Counted from the first letter of the whole stretch, positions 1 to 11,977 are shown. The stretch: 63,356 nucleotides of DNA, filler included, from Asterionella formosa (GCA_002256025.1; 17 parts of 17 records of this genome joined end to end with filler, not necessarily neighbours in it); one strand, 5' to 3'. The notes: generated by a model from the sequence alone, not told the origin. Translations and numbers: made by a program.

Positions 1-38
1 GCAAACCTTAGATCAAGCGCACAAACAACGACACTTAC

Positions 39-300
39 GAGACATTGTCTTTCCTTCAAAAATACCCCAATCAGGACCCGCAGCAGAAGCTACTGATGCC
101 GAAGTGGCCCAAAAGGACAACGTCGACGCGGCGATTCCCATCACATCAAAGTCGGATTCTTGCTGTCGTTGTTCCTTCGAGGCGAATCTAGCACTGCTCA
201 TGCTCGGATTCATCGAAGAGCGAGGAGCCGTAAAGCCCGAGCAGGCTGTAGTTAGGCACAACAGCAGGAGAGCGAAAGCGGTAGCAGCCTTGTTCATCAT
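39..300 (-). CDS. Exon 1 of a plastid-targeted membrane protein, probably DUF4079-like; the rest of the gene lies outside the window
   Basis: Signal peptide ending CSG-F, Ser/Arg-rich transit peptide, second hydrophobic stretch ending ASA-AGPDWGIFEGKTMS, GTAAGT donor at 38..33. Family call is from recalled similarity of AGPDWGIFEG. Confidence 0.6.
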
Positions 301-520
301 GGTAATGGAGAATGGGATGTTTGCAAAGTTTTTTTTAAAGATATACCGGTATTACCTGTCATGTATGTCTGATGCTGATGGAAACATCATCATTATTGTT
401 TCATACCTATCCCGGTATAAAGATTCAGCCACGTCTTACAAAAATAAAACACTTTGTCATGTACTTCGAAATAATGGCATATTATGTATTCTACGTATTG
501 CAACCATTATACATCTTATT

Positions 521-563
521 TACAGTACCAGGTACCCTGCTACCTGGTACCAGGTACCAGGTA
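521..563. repeat. Array of TA-core-TA units
   Basis: Parses as TA-CAG-TA-CCAGG-TA-CCCTGC-TA-CCTGG-TA-CCAGG-TA-CCAGG-TA. Confidence 0.85.
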
Positions 564-864
564 CTGTTCATGGAGCAACAGATACGCCCCGGTACAAACA
601 GAGTGAACGAGGAGTATTTTTCAATACAGTACATACGTACTTGTGGAATTGAAAAGTATGCACTGTATCGTCACCAGGAGGAACACGTGCGATCTTTGTG
701 GCTAGGTTTACTTCCTCGAGCGAAAGGAAAGATTCCTGTGCGGCGAAGATTTTATCAGCAGGTGGACGATTGAGTCGCCGCAACTTTGACACTCCATCAA
801 TCCAACAACAAATCCAACCGCCGTCTTGCTGAGCAAAGCGCCTAAGAACCTCTCAATCCACGTC

Positions 865-1314
865 ATGAAATCTTTCGCCCTCCTCGCATCGTTCCTCCTC
901 GCTTGGAGGTCCACATTGGCCTTTGTGGTTGTCACTGCGCCTCATCCTCGCGCTCCGGGGCTTAACGCTGCTGTCCCACTCGCCAATGGTGCCATGTCGT
1001 TTGATCGCGTGTGCCGTGAATGGCGTTGCAAGTACACCGGAGACAAGTCCACAAGCGAGTCCCTTGAGGCCATCTCCAAAGTGGTGGACGAATATCTTCC
1101 TATCATCAAGCAAGTGTCGTCAGGAGTGACTGTCAATCGCCTCATTTGTGGTGGATGCTTGGACTTTAAGCTCCAAACGACTGTCCCGTTGGACGACTTT
1201 GGTCCTTGGGAGGCCAACGGATTTGCTCCTGAAGCTGACTTTCTTGAAAAGATCAAGGCGATTGAAGGTGTCTCCGTGGTGGAAACGCAGACGATTACCA
1301 ATATGGAGCTTTAG
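865..1314 (+). CDS. Conserved small plastid-targeted algal protein of unknown function with a CGGC motif
   Basis: ATG at 865, signal peptide with LA-F cleavage motif, mature region with [22 protein letters not shown] and VETQT; intact ORF. Confidence 0.85.
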   Translation: MKSFALLASFLLAWRSTLAFVVVTAPHPRAPGLNAAVPLANGAMSFDRVCREWRCKYTGDKSTSESLEAISKVVDEYLPIIKQVSSGVTVNRLICGGCLDFKLQTTVPLDDFGPWEANGFAPEADFLEKIKAIEGVSVVETQTITNMEL

Positions 1315-1738
1315 TCACAACGCAACAAACTAGTATTGGAAACTCTTGTAAAACTCAAGGTTGCTCTCCGAACGATGCTATAGATGGTAATAATTAGAAT
1401 CAAATACAAAGCTAGAAATATTTCACAAACCGTTAGGAATTCAAGAAGACTTCAGAACCGGATGCACAATGGTAGACCCCGGTCGTGGGTTTGGTCATTT
1501 TCAATATGGTCGATGGGACAAAAGGAAATCCTCTAAAGGAAGAATAGCATAATCTCCCGACTAAACCATGGCAAATCTGAATCATTGTAATCGTAACGTT
1601 GGCTATGACCTTGAAGACACAAAATCCAAAAAAATATATTGAAATTAAGTAAAACCAAGAATTAATCTCACTGCATTTGAGCATTATTCTCAACGCAAAC
1701 AAACAAATACGTATAGAAATGGCCTTTCCTTCTCACAT

Positions 1739-4700
1739 TTATTGAAAACGATTCACCTCAGGCCTAGCGCCACATTGTTCACAGCACGTGCAGGTCATGT
1801 TGCAGTCAACCGTGTAAACAGTCAAATTCAGATCACACAATTCGGTGGGAAGTGGATCTACAAACCTGTTGCCACCAATTTGAAGTATAGTGAGATTTCC
1901 TAGGTTGCCAAGCTCTGAAGGGACAGTCCCATTCAAATAGTTGAGTTCCACGTCCAATCGTGCTAGACTGGCCATTTGACCCATATCCGAAGGGAGCGTA
2001 CCGGACAAGCCATTCTGAAACACCATGAAGATTTGCAAGTTCGTCAAGAAACCGACGCTCCGTGGGATTGTGCCTGTGATTCCAGGCCTCCTGGCTTTGG
2101 TAATACGATTACGGAAGCATTGAAATTCTTGCAATGCTTTCATGTTGCCAATGTTTCCTGGTATGGTGCCGGAAAGGCTATTGTCGCCGCAATACAAGAT
2201 TTCCAAATGTACAAGGTTGGTGATCAAATCTGGAATTTGACCCCATAAACTGTTGTATTCGAATCGGAATCTCTTTAGCAGCAAAATGTTGCCAACCTCG
2301 AATGGTATAGTTCCAGTAAGTTTGTTATTGTTCAGTTTCAGATCAGTCAATTTGGTTAAGTTTCCAATCGACGTAGGGATTGATCGGGTTAAAGCATTAT
2401 CAAATAAAGCTAGTTGTTTGAGCGAGGCCAGTTTGCCTAGCTCGGATGGAATCGGGCCTACAAGCATATTGCTCCCCAAATCCAAAGAGAACAATACGCT
2501 CATAGCCCCAATTTGAGTAGGGATGGTTCCAACAAAACCATTCTGAGACAGTCCGAGGATTTGAAGCTTATCAAGCAGACCCAGTTGAGAAGGAAGCACG
2601 CCTTCCAAGTCGTTGTCGGCCAGCGAGAAACGTTCAAGCTCAACGAGATTTCCAATCGCAGTCGTTAAACTACCAGTCAAGTTATTTTTATCCATTGAAA
2701 GAACTTTCAAAGACTTGATTTGGTACATAGAAGCAGGGAACTCTCCCGTGAACGAGTTTCTGTCGACATCGAATAATGTCAATCTATCCATTTTTGAAAA
2801 GTCAATCACAGACAAGTCTCCAGAAAAACTATTGTATGACAACGCAAGGATGCTAAGGCTCGCGATTGTATCTATACTCCACGGAAGGCTGCCTTCGAGA
2901 TGGTTGATACTCAAGTTCAACTCGATAAGGTTGGTCAGCATTGCAATTTCGAGGGAGAGTGTTCCAGTCATATTGTTGTTGATCATATTTATGCCGACAA
3001 CTTCTCCGTTCTCATCACATGTAATTCCATACCATTCACATTCGTCTGGACCAAGCCAGTTAGTTTCATTTTTCCAGGGCGTGGTGGCACTGTTGAAGTA
3101 AAGTGTTGCCAAACCATATCTTTGAGCGATTTGCACTTGGTTTTGCGATGATAAGTCATTTGGATCAAGTTTCAAAGGGTCATGGTTGACAATCCAGTTG
3201 TACGACATTGCTTCAGGACTGGTGGTATTATTAAGCGACACTCCACCATCAAACATGAGAAACGAAAAGAGAGTAGCAAATGCAGCACTTCTCTCTTGGG
3301 TTGGTGCTGGTGTTGGGACGCCTGTAGCAACACCTTCAGCACCATTGGCACCACTACTGTTATTTCCACCAAAGGCACCCGTTCCAAAGCCAATAGACAA
3401 TAACAGAATCAAAAAGATTATCAAGGCAATAATTCCAATAAAAATATACCTCTTTTTTGATTTGTTATGTTCACCAAAATCGGTGATGGATGATGTGGTG
3501 CCACAATCTTGGGGTTGTTCGTAGCCAACAACCTTGCAAGTTTCAGGGCTCAACGCAGGTAAAATTTCCGCTTCGGTGACATCCATCATATCACGACTCA
3601 TATTCATATCATTTGTCTTTCCCAAATCAGTCCCATACACACCGGAGGGGCCGAATTGTAATGCGAGAGGATTCTCCGTGTCAACAACCTGTTCCTCAGG
3701 TTTCGCCCTTGAAGGGAGAGGGCGCGACAGATTCGTCCCATTTTGATCTTCGTTCATGCTAGGGTCTTCATCGAGGGACGTTTTGGGGGCAACAATGATG
3801 TGTCCCTCGTCAACGTCAGATTCACAAGGCTTTGATACTTTGTTCCGCGAATCGGCTGCTTTAATTGCTATCTCAGGATCTTCGTATTCTCCGTTCGCAG
3901 TGTACGTTCCCGTAGCTACCGCGGTGGAGCCAGCCACAATTCCAAAAGTAGTCAACAACCTCGGGGGCATATTTTGTTCCTTGCGGTTGTCAACTATCAA
4001 CGATGAATATACTTCGGCATCATCAATATCTTTGACGTCTTCTGAAACCACGTCGTTGGTTGCATCCTTTTCAAGCGCGATTGGTATAGTAGCAGACATA
4101 CTTGGTGGTGGCCCGTAGTCAGCAATGTAGTCGTCATCTCTTCCCGTCGTGTTCTCAAACTCTTCCACCTCTCGAAAAAGGCTGTTTAGCTCTTCGTGCA
4201 GTTGTGCCCTAGCAATCAAATAATCGACATGTCCGGCTGAAGAGTCCCTAGCAAGAAGTGCAGCTCGAGGACGATCCCTCTCCACAACCTGCCGTTCCTG
4301 AGACGGCTCAAAATCATCCACAGATCGGGATATTCCAATGGGGGATGCAACGTCGGACGTGAAAGATGACATGTCTCCACGCTCCAAACTGCACTCCTCG
4401 TCATCATCATCACCATCGTCCGACGAAACAGTTCGCATCGCTACGGGGTGAATTTCCTTTGAGGGATATTCATCGGAGTAGCGTCTACTAGTGTCGACAG
4501 TGAAGTGCTCACTGGGCAAGTCATGTTCTTGATCTTGTAGTAGTTCTTCGGAAGGATAGTCCTGAGAACTGTAGCGTTCCTTCTCTGAGACAACTTCGAC
4601 AGGTGGATCAAAGGAGGACGCAACTGCGGCGCCTACAGCAATGACACCCAAACCTATTGAAATGACTCCATCAAAGAGGACATCGCCCAGGGTTTCTTGA

Positions 4701-5740
4701 TAGTTTTCATTCTCGATGACTCGAGAACGAGAATGGAGACCGCCTTGAGGCATGACAAAGACATGAGGCTGTTGTGAATCATCATCATCAAGGTGTCGAT
4801 GCTCCTCCATTTTGTCATCGAGGATTCCATCATCCTCCGTCATTTCTGTCCCTTCATCTTCCATAGCGTCATATTCGCCTTCTCGATCTTCTACACCTTC
4901 ATCGCTCGGGCCACATACAGCTTCTTCAATGGCCAATCCAGCTGCTATCATAATGGAAGAGAATCCAACACCAGCTTCTATAATAACTTGAGAATCCAAA
5001 TTTCTGGCAGTCTGATCAATAATTTTATTTTCCTCGTCGTCATCTGGAAGGGGCGATGCTCGAAGTAAGGAATCATCATCGTCAGCGTCAACCTCCAACG
5101 GTTCAAACAATGAAGGGACGTCGTCTCCATCTAAAATAGCCATGGTCGATAGGATCGTTTCATCATTGACATCAATGGTATCATCAGCAAGATCGTCAAG
5201 CTCCTTATTTACGTCTCGAAGGGTTCGCACGGCAGTAATTTCCGAAAATTCTCCTTCCCATTGTTGAGCCGAAGTTGATACATCATCTTCTCCTTCCATG
5301 GTGTCATCCACTGCAACCTGAACACTATCATCCTCCATGGTCTCGTCAGGTTTTACTTCTGTATCAAACGAAGTTGCTGATTCTTCTTGTTCTAATGCTC
5401 TAGTAGGTGTACCACAGTCGACTTGCGACATAGGAGAAGGCGTAGAGTTAAAGATTGGTTCTATCATCATGATTGGACTGGGTAGAAAGATTGGAGTCGA
5501 GTGAGAAAGACCAATGGAGTGGTCGACAGGAGGCGGTGTGTCGAGTGCCTCTTCTCTCTTCGGCTCCTCAACCACCAAGACTGGTTCTTCCTTCACCAAC
5601 ATTTGCTTTGTCGGAGATGACATGGGAATGTCTCCCAGATCTTCATAAGCACCGTCGTTGTTCTCTTCTACTACTAGAAACGGCTTTTTTCGAGGAACGA
5701 GGGGGCCCTCAAGTTCCATAATGGTAGGATCATCATCCAT
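1739..5740 (-). CDS. Type II single-pass membrane leucine-rich-repeat protein without a kinase domain
   Basis: 1333-aa intact ORF: acidic low-complexity N-terminus, KKR followed by a TM helix (YIFIGIIALIIFLILLLSIGF), QRYGLATLYF and ECEWYGITC N-cap, many LxxLxLxxNxLxGxIP repeats, VDCxxxCxCC C-cap. Confidence 0.92.
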   Translation of the reverse strand: MDDDPTIMELEGPLVPRKKPFLVVEENNDGAYEDLGDIPMSSPTKQMLVKEEPVLVVEEPKREEALDTPPPVDHSIGLSHSTPIFLPSPIMMIEPIFNSTPSPMSQVDCGTPTRALEQEESATSFDTEVKPDETMEDDSVQVAVDDTMEGEDDVSTSAQQWEGEFSEITAVRTLRDVNKELDDLADDTIDVNDETILSTMAILDGDDVPSLFEPLEVDADDDDSLLRASPLPDDDEENKIIDQTARNLDSQVIIEAGVGFSSIMIAAGLAIEEAVCGPSDEGVEDREGEYDAMEDEGTEMTEDDGILDDKMEEHRHLDDDDSQQPHVFVMPQGGLHSRSRVIENENYQETLGDVLFDGVISIGLGVIAVGAAVASSFDPPVEVVSEKERYSSQDYPSEELLQDQEHDLPSEHFTVDTSRRYSDEYPSKEIHPVAMRTVSSDDGDDDDEECSLERGDMSSFTSDVASPIGISRSVDDFEPSQERQVVERDRPRAALLARDSSAGHVDYLIARAQLHEELNSLFREVEEFENTTGRDDDYIADYGPPPSMSATIPIALEKDATNDVVSEDVKDIDDAEVYSSLIVDNRKEQNMPPRLLTTFGIVAGSTAVATGTYTANGEYEDPEIAIKAADSRNKVSKPCESDVDEGHIIVAPKTSLDEDPSMNEDQNGTNLSRPLPSRAKPEEQVVDTENPLALQFGPSGVYGTDLGKTNDMNMSRDMMDVTEAEILPALSPETCKVVGYEQPQDCGTTSSITDFGEHNKSKKRYIFIGIIALIIFLILLLSIGFGTGAFGGNNSSGANGAEGVATGVPTPAPTQERSAAFATLFSFLMFDGGVSLNNTTSPEAMSYNWIVNHDPLKLDPNDLSSQNQVQIAQRYGLATLYFNSATTPWKNETNWLGPDECEWYGITCDENGEVVGINMINNNMTGTLSLEIAMLTNLIELNLSINHLEGSLPWSIDTIASLSILALSYNSFSGDLSVIDFSKMDRLTLFDVDRNSFTGEFPASMYQIKSLKVLSMDKNNLTGSLTTAIGNLVELERFSLADNDLEGVLPSQLGLLDKLQILGLSQNGFVGTIPTQIGAMSVLFSLDLGSNMLVGPIPSELGKLASLKQLALFDNALTRSIPTSIGNLTKLTDLKLNNNKLTGTIPFEVGNILLLKRFRFEYNSLWGQIPDLITNLVHLEILYCGDNSLSGTIPGNIGNMKALQEFQCFRNRITKARRPGITGTIPRSVGFLTNLQIFMVFQNGLSGTLPSDMGQMASLARLDVELNYLNGTVPSELGNLGNLTILQIGGNRFVDPLPTELCDLNLTVYTVDCNMTCTCCEQCGARPEVNRFQ

Positions 5741-6266
5741 GATGCGAGCGGTATGGTTTCGTAAAGGATGTAGCCCAAGAACTGGTTGAACAATACTCTA
5801 GGCTTTGAGGTTCCTGAATCAGTCGTTGATTATTTTCACAGTGAACAGGGAATGATCACGCCCATCTTGTGTATACCACCGGTTATGGTGTGTCAATTGG
5901 GAGTCTTGCGAACGTGTGCCATACATAGAAAAATGATAAGGACGAAGGGTCAGCGCAACGCATAGACACTTTATTCATACATGTAAATATAAACATGAAT
6001 TATTTCATTGGACTCGCCTAAATAACATGTCATCTTGTGACGGCTACAAAACCAATGAATGCGAATGTACAGTCATGGCTATTGGCCACTAAAAGGCGGG
6101 AACAAAGCAAAAAATACCCACGATTTCGGTCTTTACGGGTTCCATGCGACAGACAAAAGTACCGGGTAAGCATTCGACACCAAATATTTAGGTATCATAA
6201 TTAATAGATTGCCAGGCAGCACCACTAAATACGTAGTGGTACCTGGTACCAGTAGGTCTATGGTGG

Positions 6267-6738
6267 TGCAATGTGGTGCAGCGACAATATGACGTCAGCA
6301 AAGACTGCCTTACTTAAAAATTCATTATCGGTAGTAACCTATATAAATGATAAAAAATGCTTGCAATATTTCATTAGTACCGATATGTCCAATTAGATGT
6401 ATGTACCGGGTAGCCTAAGCCGTTGGCTTCTACAAAATACATGGCTTACATGAATCTGATCGCGATCCTATGTAGAGAATATCACTACGGTAGTGCAGGC
6501 CGTAGCACGGATTTTATACTTGGGTAGTCTGATGGTGCAATTTTGGTGTCTCTAAGTATTAGTGGTGCAATCGGTGGTGCAATTGTGGTGCAAATGCCAA
6601 TGGGCAGTCGAATTTACGAATAGTTTTCTCTTTTTCAACCCTGTTTGGGAAAAGTCATATATATAGGTTACCACCGATAATGAATTTTTAAGTAAGGCAG
6701 TCTTAGCTGACGTCATATTGCCGCTGCACCACATTGCA
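6267..6738. mobile_element. MITE-like element with 84-bp terminal inverted repeats
   Basis: 6267-6350 matches the reverse complement of 6655-6738 at 80/84. Internal TGGTGCAA repeats, no ORF, TSD unresolved. Confidence 0.8.
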
Positions 6739-7493
6739 GACCCTGGTACTCCCACCAGGTACCAGGTACCGAAACCAGCACCGGGGATGCCTCCAAGAAA
6801 AGACTGCTACCCGGTATGTATGCGGTATGCAATGTTGTAAGTCGTGCTCGTGCTTTCCAGGAAGAAAGACACGTGCTGGTATGTAATATCAGGGGGGGGG
6901 GGAAGCACACTCATGAAAATGCTCACCAAGACTTGAGCTGCAAATCATCCAAAACTAGAAATTGCTGACTATGACTAGAAGTTACTGATTGGTGAATTCC
7001 ATAAGTAAACAGTCTTCCAGTTGCGAAATACCATTACCAGTAGTAGTATGTGAACACAATTTCGATGATCAGAACACGACTTGGATTTAATTATTGATAA
7101 TTTAACATAATAGAAATTGACTTAAGAGAGTTTGGAATGTCTCTTCCAGTACTAGGCATGGGAGGAATCATTGGGAGTGAGTCATTGGGAGTGAGTCAAA
7201 ACTGAATAAGTGCGCATAAAACAGGCACTACCAGGCCTTTGAGGTAATACATAGGAGTACCAAAAACCACCTGGAACTCACCTGTTGGTGTTCCCTCTGT
7301 TGCCTGGACGAACACACCAATTGCGTCAATCTTCAACTTGGCTGGTATACCACACCGTAGCTATAAGCAAATCACACCAAGAGTGTGCACTCATGATGCA
7401 AAAGAGTTGAACGAACAAAGACAAAACAAGTAGACTACCCATAAACTTCTCTGTCCTGCCCCCCCCCCCCCCCTGAGGTTGCTGCCCGCCTAT

Positions 7494-7564
7494 GGAAGGT
7501 CCGGTAATCGAGATATTTAGGTTAATCTTTGCTTAAGTAAACAACTTGTTTTACCGGACCTTCC
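7494..7564. repeat. Short inverted repeat / mini-MITE
   Basis: Perfect 14-bp arms GGAAGGTCCGGTAA (7494-7507) and TTACCGGACCTTCC (7551-7564). Confidence 0.7.
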
Positions 7565-10270
7565 CTGTACATCTTTCTTGAGACAGGAACCAAACACCAA
7601 ATTATTTTCTAGACATGGACAAAGTTATGTACTATAATTCTGTTTGTCCTTGTAGAAACCGGTATATAATTATTTAGCTATGATGTTGCGATTCTTTTGT
7701 ACATATTAAACACTACTAGAGTAGATAGCTAGTGATTGCGATCAGCTGGAGAATCCTGCATCATGTTGTCACAGCCTTGACCAGCATGACAAAAAGAAAA
7801 ATACGAATTATCTCCACGGAAATTGAGAACGACGCTTTGCTAAGCACTTGCTATGTATATTAAGCATGACATGGAAAGTATAATCTTAAAAGAAGTAATG
7901 ACACTACTAATCATGACAACGAAAATTGAGATCGCCAATAGCAACATAAAGTCGCGTTTTTTCTTGCTAGGTGAAGAACTCTCCTCCCATTTTTTCACCT
8001 GATGTAAACAGTTGTCATAATAAAATGGAAAAAGATATTTTGTCCCCCTTTTTTGCCACATGAATCTTCGTTGGTGGCTCGACAACACTGCCATGACTGC
8101 TGCTACACAAATGCATGCACATCATTTTTTTGTTCATATTGACTCTGATCTTCAACAAAGCTGTCAGAACCTATTGGGGGCAATACAGAGAAGGGAGATG
8201 AAATTTAATCCCACATAAATCTAATGGATCAAGTCACAATTCATTCTCGAGAAAAATGCGTTAAAACTGTTACCAAGTATTATAACGATATGGACGTGTT
8301 TCTGAAGTTGTACAAAGGCAGCAACAGTAGACGAATTATCTTCAGATGCTATCATGGAGGAGTCTATGATAACCGCAAGAGACAATGCAGATAACCCACT
8401 GGAATTCTAACCCATTGATTGCTGTGTTGACTTGAAAATCTCGCAACATGCCCTAGATTTGTACATGGTGGAATTTAAAGCTGCCAAGAATGTTGAAACC
8501 CCAACACAAGTAACTTCAGCACAAAATATGATATCCCATGTAGACATAATATCTACGACAAAATGCAGAGCTCCGGAACCTTCTAAAGCACCGATTTTCA
8601 CAAGCATGGGATGCTTCAGCACGAGACTCCATCCTCAGCAGCCAATGTCTCCCCTCCATGAAAGAAACAGCTGAATTCAATCCAAGAGACCCTATATTTG
8701 GTATAAGCTGATCAATATCCCGTTTTATTGCAAAGACTTGAGGAAGAAGCCACTTCTCAACCGCTGCATATGCTTTCCAATCTAGTGGTGTAGTTAGAGA
8801 CAAGCGTGGACGTCCTCCAGGCTCTAAAAACCGTGCTAATCAACGAGATAAGTTAAGATTTGAATATTTAAGTGGAAATCAATGGGGTAATTGCGGAGTG
8901 AATGGTATGCGAAATTAGCTCATGTACCTGTCCCAAATGAATAAATTCACTTATTTTTAGTAATTAATATATGTAGTCAATGCACTCTGAACTACTCTTT
9001 GCATGTTATTCATTGGTATACAAAGACTCAACAGTAATACACCTGGTATATTGAATATTATGATGAATATTTTGTAAGTTAGGAGCAAAGAAGACAAACT
9101 ACCTTTGCACAATACCTGTTGATGCCACTATACACCCATCTTGAGCAAAGATCTATTCTCTTCAACATCAGTTCGTGCTAAAAGTCAAATGCATTAATTG
9201 CTCAAGAGAGGAATTAAGGATTTACTAAGCATGGAAACGATGCCGAAGCATTTGAGATTCGATCCACTGCCTTTGGACCAACTCATCCACTTGTGCTGCA
9301 AATTCAGCAACTATTGAAAAGTTTCCAATCTGCTGCACCTGCACCTGGATCAACTTTTTCCAAGTCAAGCCAATCCATGAAGAAATGTCTGCCAACCCCA
9401 GAGATACCACAATTAGACATGAAAACACAGAATGACTTGTCACCTATTCCTACTAGTCCATCTCTGAGGTGCAATGACGCCTTCCAATTAGGCCCTTAAT
9501 GACACAAATTTGTTAGAAATTTAGCCCCTGGCTGCAGCTGCAATGTATCCTGACGTTGTAGTTCCAGATTTACAACATTCACCACTTGCCAGTTGTGCAT
9601 TGATATGTAGCCCTCGTGATCCACCAGCACGAAGATTGCTTTGTGCGCTCTGACCACAAGACATATCCAATAGAGCTGTGGTTGCACTGAATCGACTTGA
9701 GGCAGCGTTGAATGTCATTGGCTCTCACGTAAAATGTGGTTATTTTCTTCGTTTTGGTGGCTTGGGCATGAAGATTGAATCCTCAAATAGAACCAATACC
9801 GGCTAAGTCGATGTTGAAGATGAGTGTAGAACATGCCTGTTGGCGTCCTTGATATCCTCTTGGTGTGGTGTTCCGACAAATACAATATGATCCATTTGCA
9901 CATCCACAACTGTTTCTAACGTTTGGCTCAAAATGGATGTATTGTTGGCCTAATGACAGCTTGGGATACAAGCGCTGCAGCATGGAAATCACTGGATTGT
10001 TGTTGTGCTGTTGAGGTTGTGGCTTGCCATCGCCTGTGATCTGAAGTAAGGCAGCTGCCAGCGGTTTGGTGAGATGAGATTAACCCTCCAGCAGTACATG
10101 TAAATCGTTGGAAGGGCAAGCTTTCCTGTCGGAAAGTATTTCTGCTGCCAGTTCCATCATGATTGCAAGTGTTTTGTTGAGCCAATTTAGATTTGTGTGG
10201 CAAAACATATTGGTGGTTTTTATGAGGGTTATTACGTAGGCTAGCTAGGGTTTAGGGTTTATCAAAAAGA

Positions 10271-10344
10271 GGGGGACGAAATATCGAAATATGGAGATGA
10301 AATATCGAAATATGGGGATGAAATATCGAAATAGGGGGACGAAA
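10271..10344 (+). repeat. 21-bp tandem repeat, about 3.5 copies
   Basis: Unit KGGRGAYGAAATATCGAAATA, next to TAGGGTTTAGGG and subterminal to the putative MULE. Confidence 0.85.
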
Positions 10345-10585
10345 GATCTTTTTCCTACTAAAATAATATATCTTTACTACCCAGTAAATCTTTTCATTGT
10401 CCTGGACCCCCCCCCCCTTTTGTAAATTTCAGTCACGGCAGTGTACCGGTACATTAGGGGGCGGCCAGGACAAAGAAGTTGACCATATACTATTACCGTT
10501 TAGAGAAGTTGACTGATTTTACCTCAACTTTGCTTCCCACTCGCTTCCTTCACTACTTCTCGGACTAACCATCGCAATCACCATC

Positions 10586-11746
10586 ATGTTGGCATCTTCC
10601 TTTCGCTTGCGAGCGGCCTCCTATCTACTGCGGGTTCCAACATGCAGTAGACGGTGGCAGTCGCCTCTGGTTCTTCCTATCAAATCCATTCCACTTGCAA
10701 CAACAGAGCTAACTGCATCGAGGGGTCGAAACTGGAAACTAATTGGGCGCACCGTCCGCTATCTTCGAATTCCTTTTTTGGTAGCTTCTGTCTTTGGATT
10801 GGGATATCAGCAAGGAATCATTGACGACTCTCGAAACCCTGAAGAAACTAGAGGTGCATTACTGGACAATGTTTTGGCCGGAGTGGGATCGTCTCGTGAC
10901 AAAATGGATATTGTGCACGATGGAGAAGCTGGGTTATTTTCCGGTGCTGTCAGTCACGCCGAAACTCGAAGAGTAGCTGCCATTGCACGCAGATTGATAC
11001 ACGTCGCCAAGCTATATGTCAAGAGTAAATTGCAAGAGGCAGCGAAGACTGTTACGGCCAAACTTCCTTCAGATGTAACGAACCAGCAATTGTTGCAAGC
11101 CTTCCGCGATGACCAAGAATGCCAGCAATGGACCATGGCTCTTCGGCGAATCGATGGGGACTGGTCGTATCTACTCCTGGACACGCCACTACCCAATGCC
11201 TTCGTAACAGAAATCTTGCCGCAGCGCATATTTATCACCACCGCCATGTTTCAATTCATTGACAATGACGACGAACTTGCCTTGATTCTTGGTCATGAAA
11301 TATCTCATTTGATCTTGGGTCACTTGACAGAGCAGAACATGATCCAAACAATATTAAGGACCGTGGAAGTCTTGTTACTTAGTATGGACCCCACAGAAGG
11401 CTTATTGACACTTGCCGTGGTGGGTGTTCTGGCCACTTTGCGTACGGCTGTTGCTGCAGCACATTCACGAGATCATGAACGCGAGGCAGATGAATTAGGA
11501 ATCCAATTGGCAGCCATGGCATGCTTTGATACTAAAAAGGCAGCCAAAGTGTTTGGTAAGTTGCATACCCATGAAACCGGAGGAGAGTTGTCGCCGACAA
11601 AATGGACCCGATTCGTAGATACGCATCCGTCCACGGCCGACCGGTACAAGGACTTGTTGTTGGCGAGCGAAACAGAAAATGCAGAGAAATATTCAACAAC
11701 GACATGCCAAAGTGTGAAAAATCGAATGTCGATGCTATGGAAATAG
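10586..11746 (+). CDS. Peptidase M48 family zinc metalloprotease, OMA1-like, probably mitochondrial
   Basis: PNAFV, ELALILGHEISH (HExxH), HSRDHEREADELG, THPS motifs; Arg/Ser/Leu-rich presequence. Confidence 0.9.
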   Translation: MLASSFRLRAASYLLRVPTCSRRWQSPLVLPIKSIPLATTELTASRGRNWKLIGRTVRYLRIPFLVASVFGLGYQQGIIDDSRNPEETRGALLDNVLAGVGSSRDKMDIVHDGEAGLFSGAVSHAETRRVAAIARRLIHVAKLYVKSKLQEAAKTVTAKLPSDVTNQQLLQAFRDDQECQQWTMALRRIDGDWSYLLLDTPLPNAFVTEILPQRIFITTAMFQFIDNDDELALILGHEISHLILGHLTEQNMIQTILRTVEVLLLSMDPTEGLLTLAVVGVLATLRTAVAAAHSRDHEREADELGIQLAAMACFDTKKAAKVFGKLHTHETGGELSPTKWTRFVDTHPSTADRYKDLLLASETENAEKYSTTTCQSVKNRMSMLWK

Positions 11747-11977
11747 GAAACTACAGTTGTAGTCCACACCATGCGTTACGGATTATTTGTTTACGTATTT
11801 GTAATTTGTCACTCCTTGCATTTTTGTCCACCTTTATCCGCTCGTTCTACTAAAAATAATCAAGAGTAGATAGCCTACAAGCGACAGTAGAAGATTGCTA
11901 CATGCACAGAGCCTTTCGATTCAATAACAGTCCTTGGTGCCAAATACTTTGTGCCTGGTTCTGCCCGAATAGGGCAA

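Larger units (their letters stand above)
7444..10480 (+). mobile_element. Degenerate Mutator-like (MULE) DNA transposon relic
   Basis: Imperfect IRs AACTTCTYTGTCCTG plus a C-run at 7444 and 10480. Plus-strand remnants HMNLRWWLD (~8058) and KRGRPPGSKN..RD..FEY..GNCG...TCP (8802-8935) resemble MULE transposase C-termini. Many stops. Confidence 0.5.

Noticed and set aside
104..773. ORFs 104-652 and 372-773 and other ORFs with VPGT/RYQV peptides
   Set aside because: They are antisense or intergenic read-through; those peptides are translations of the TACCWGG arrays.
7306..7326. GRTHQLR, resembling an RluA pseudouridine synthase motif
   Set aside because: It is isolated, with no HRLD motif or supporting ORF.
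10245..10260. Telomere (TTAGGG-like; also 53630-53647)
   Set aside because: Only two or three interstitial units are present.
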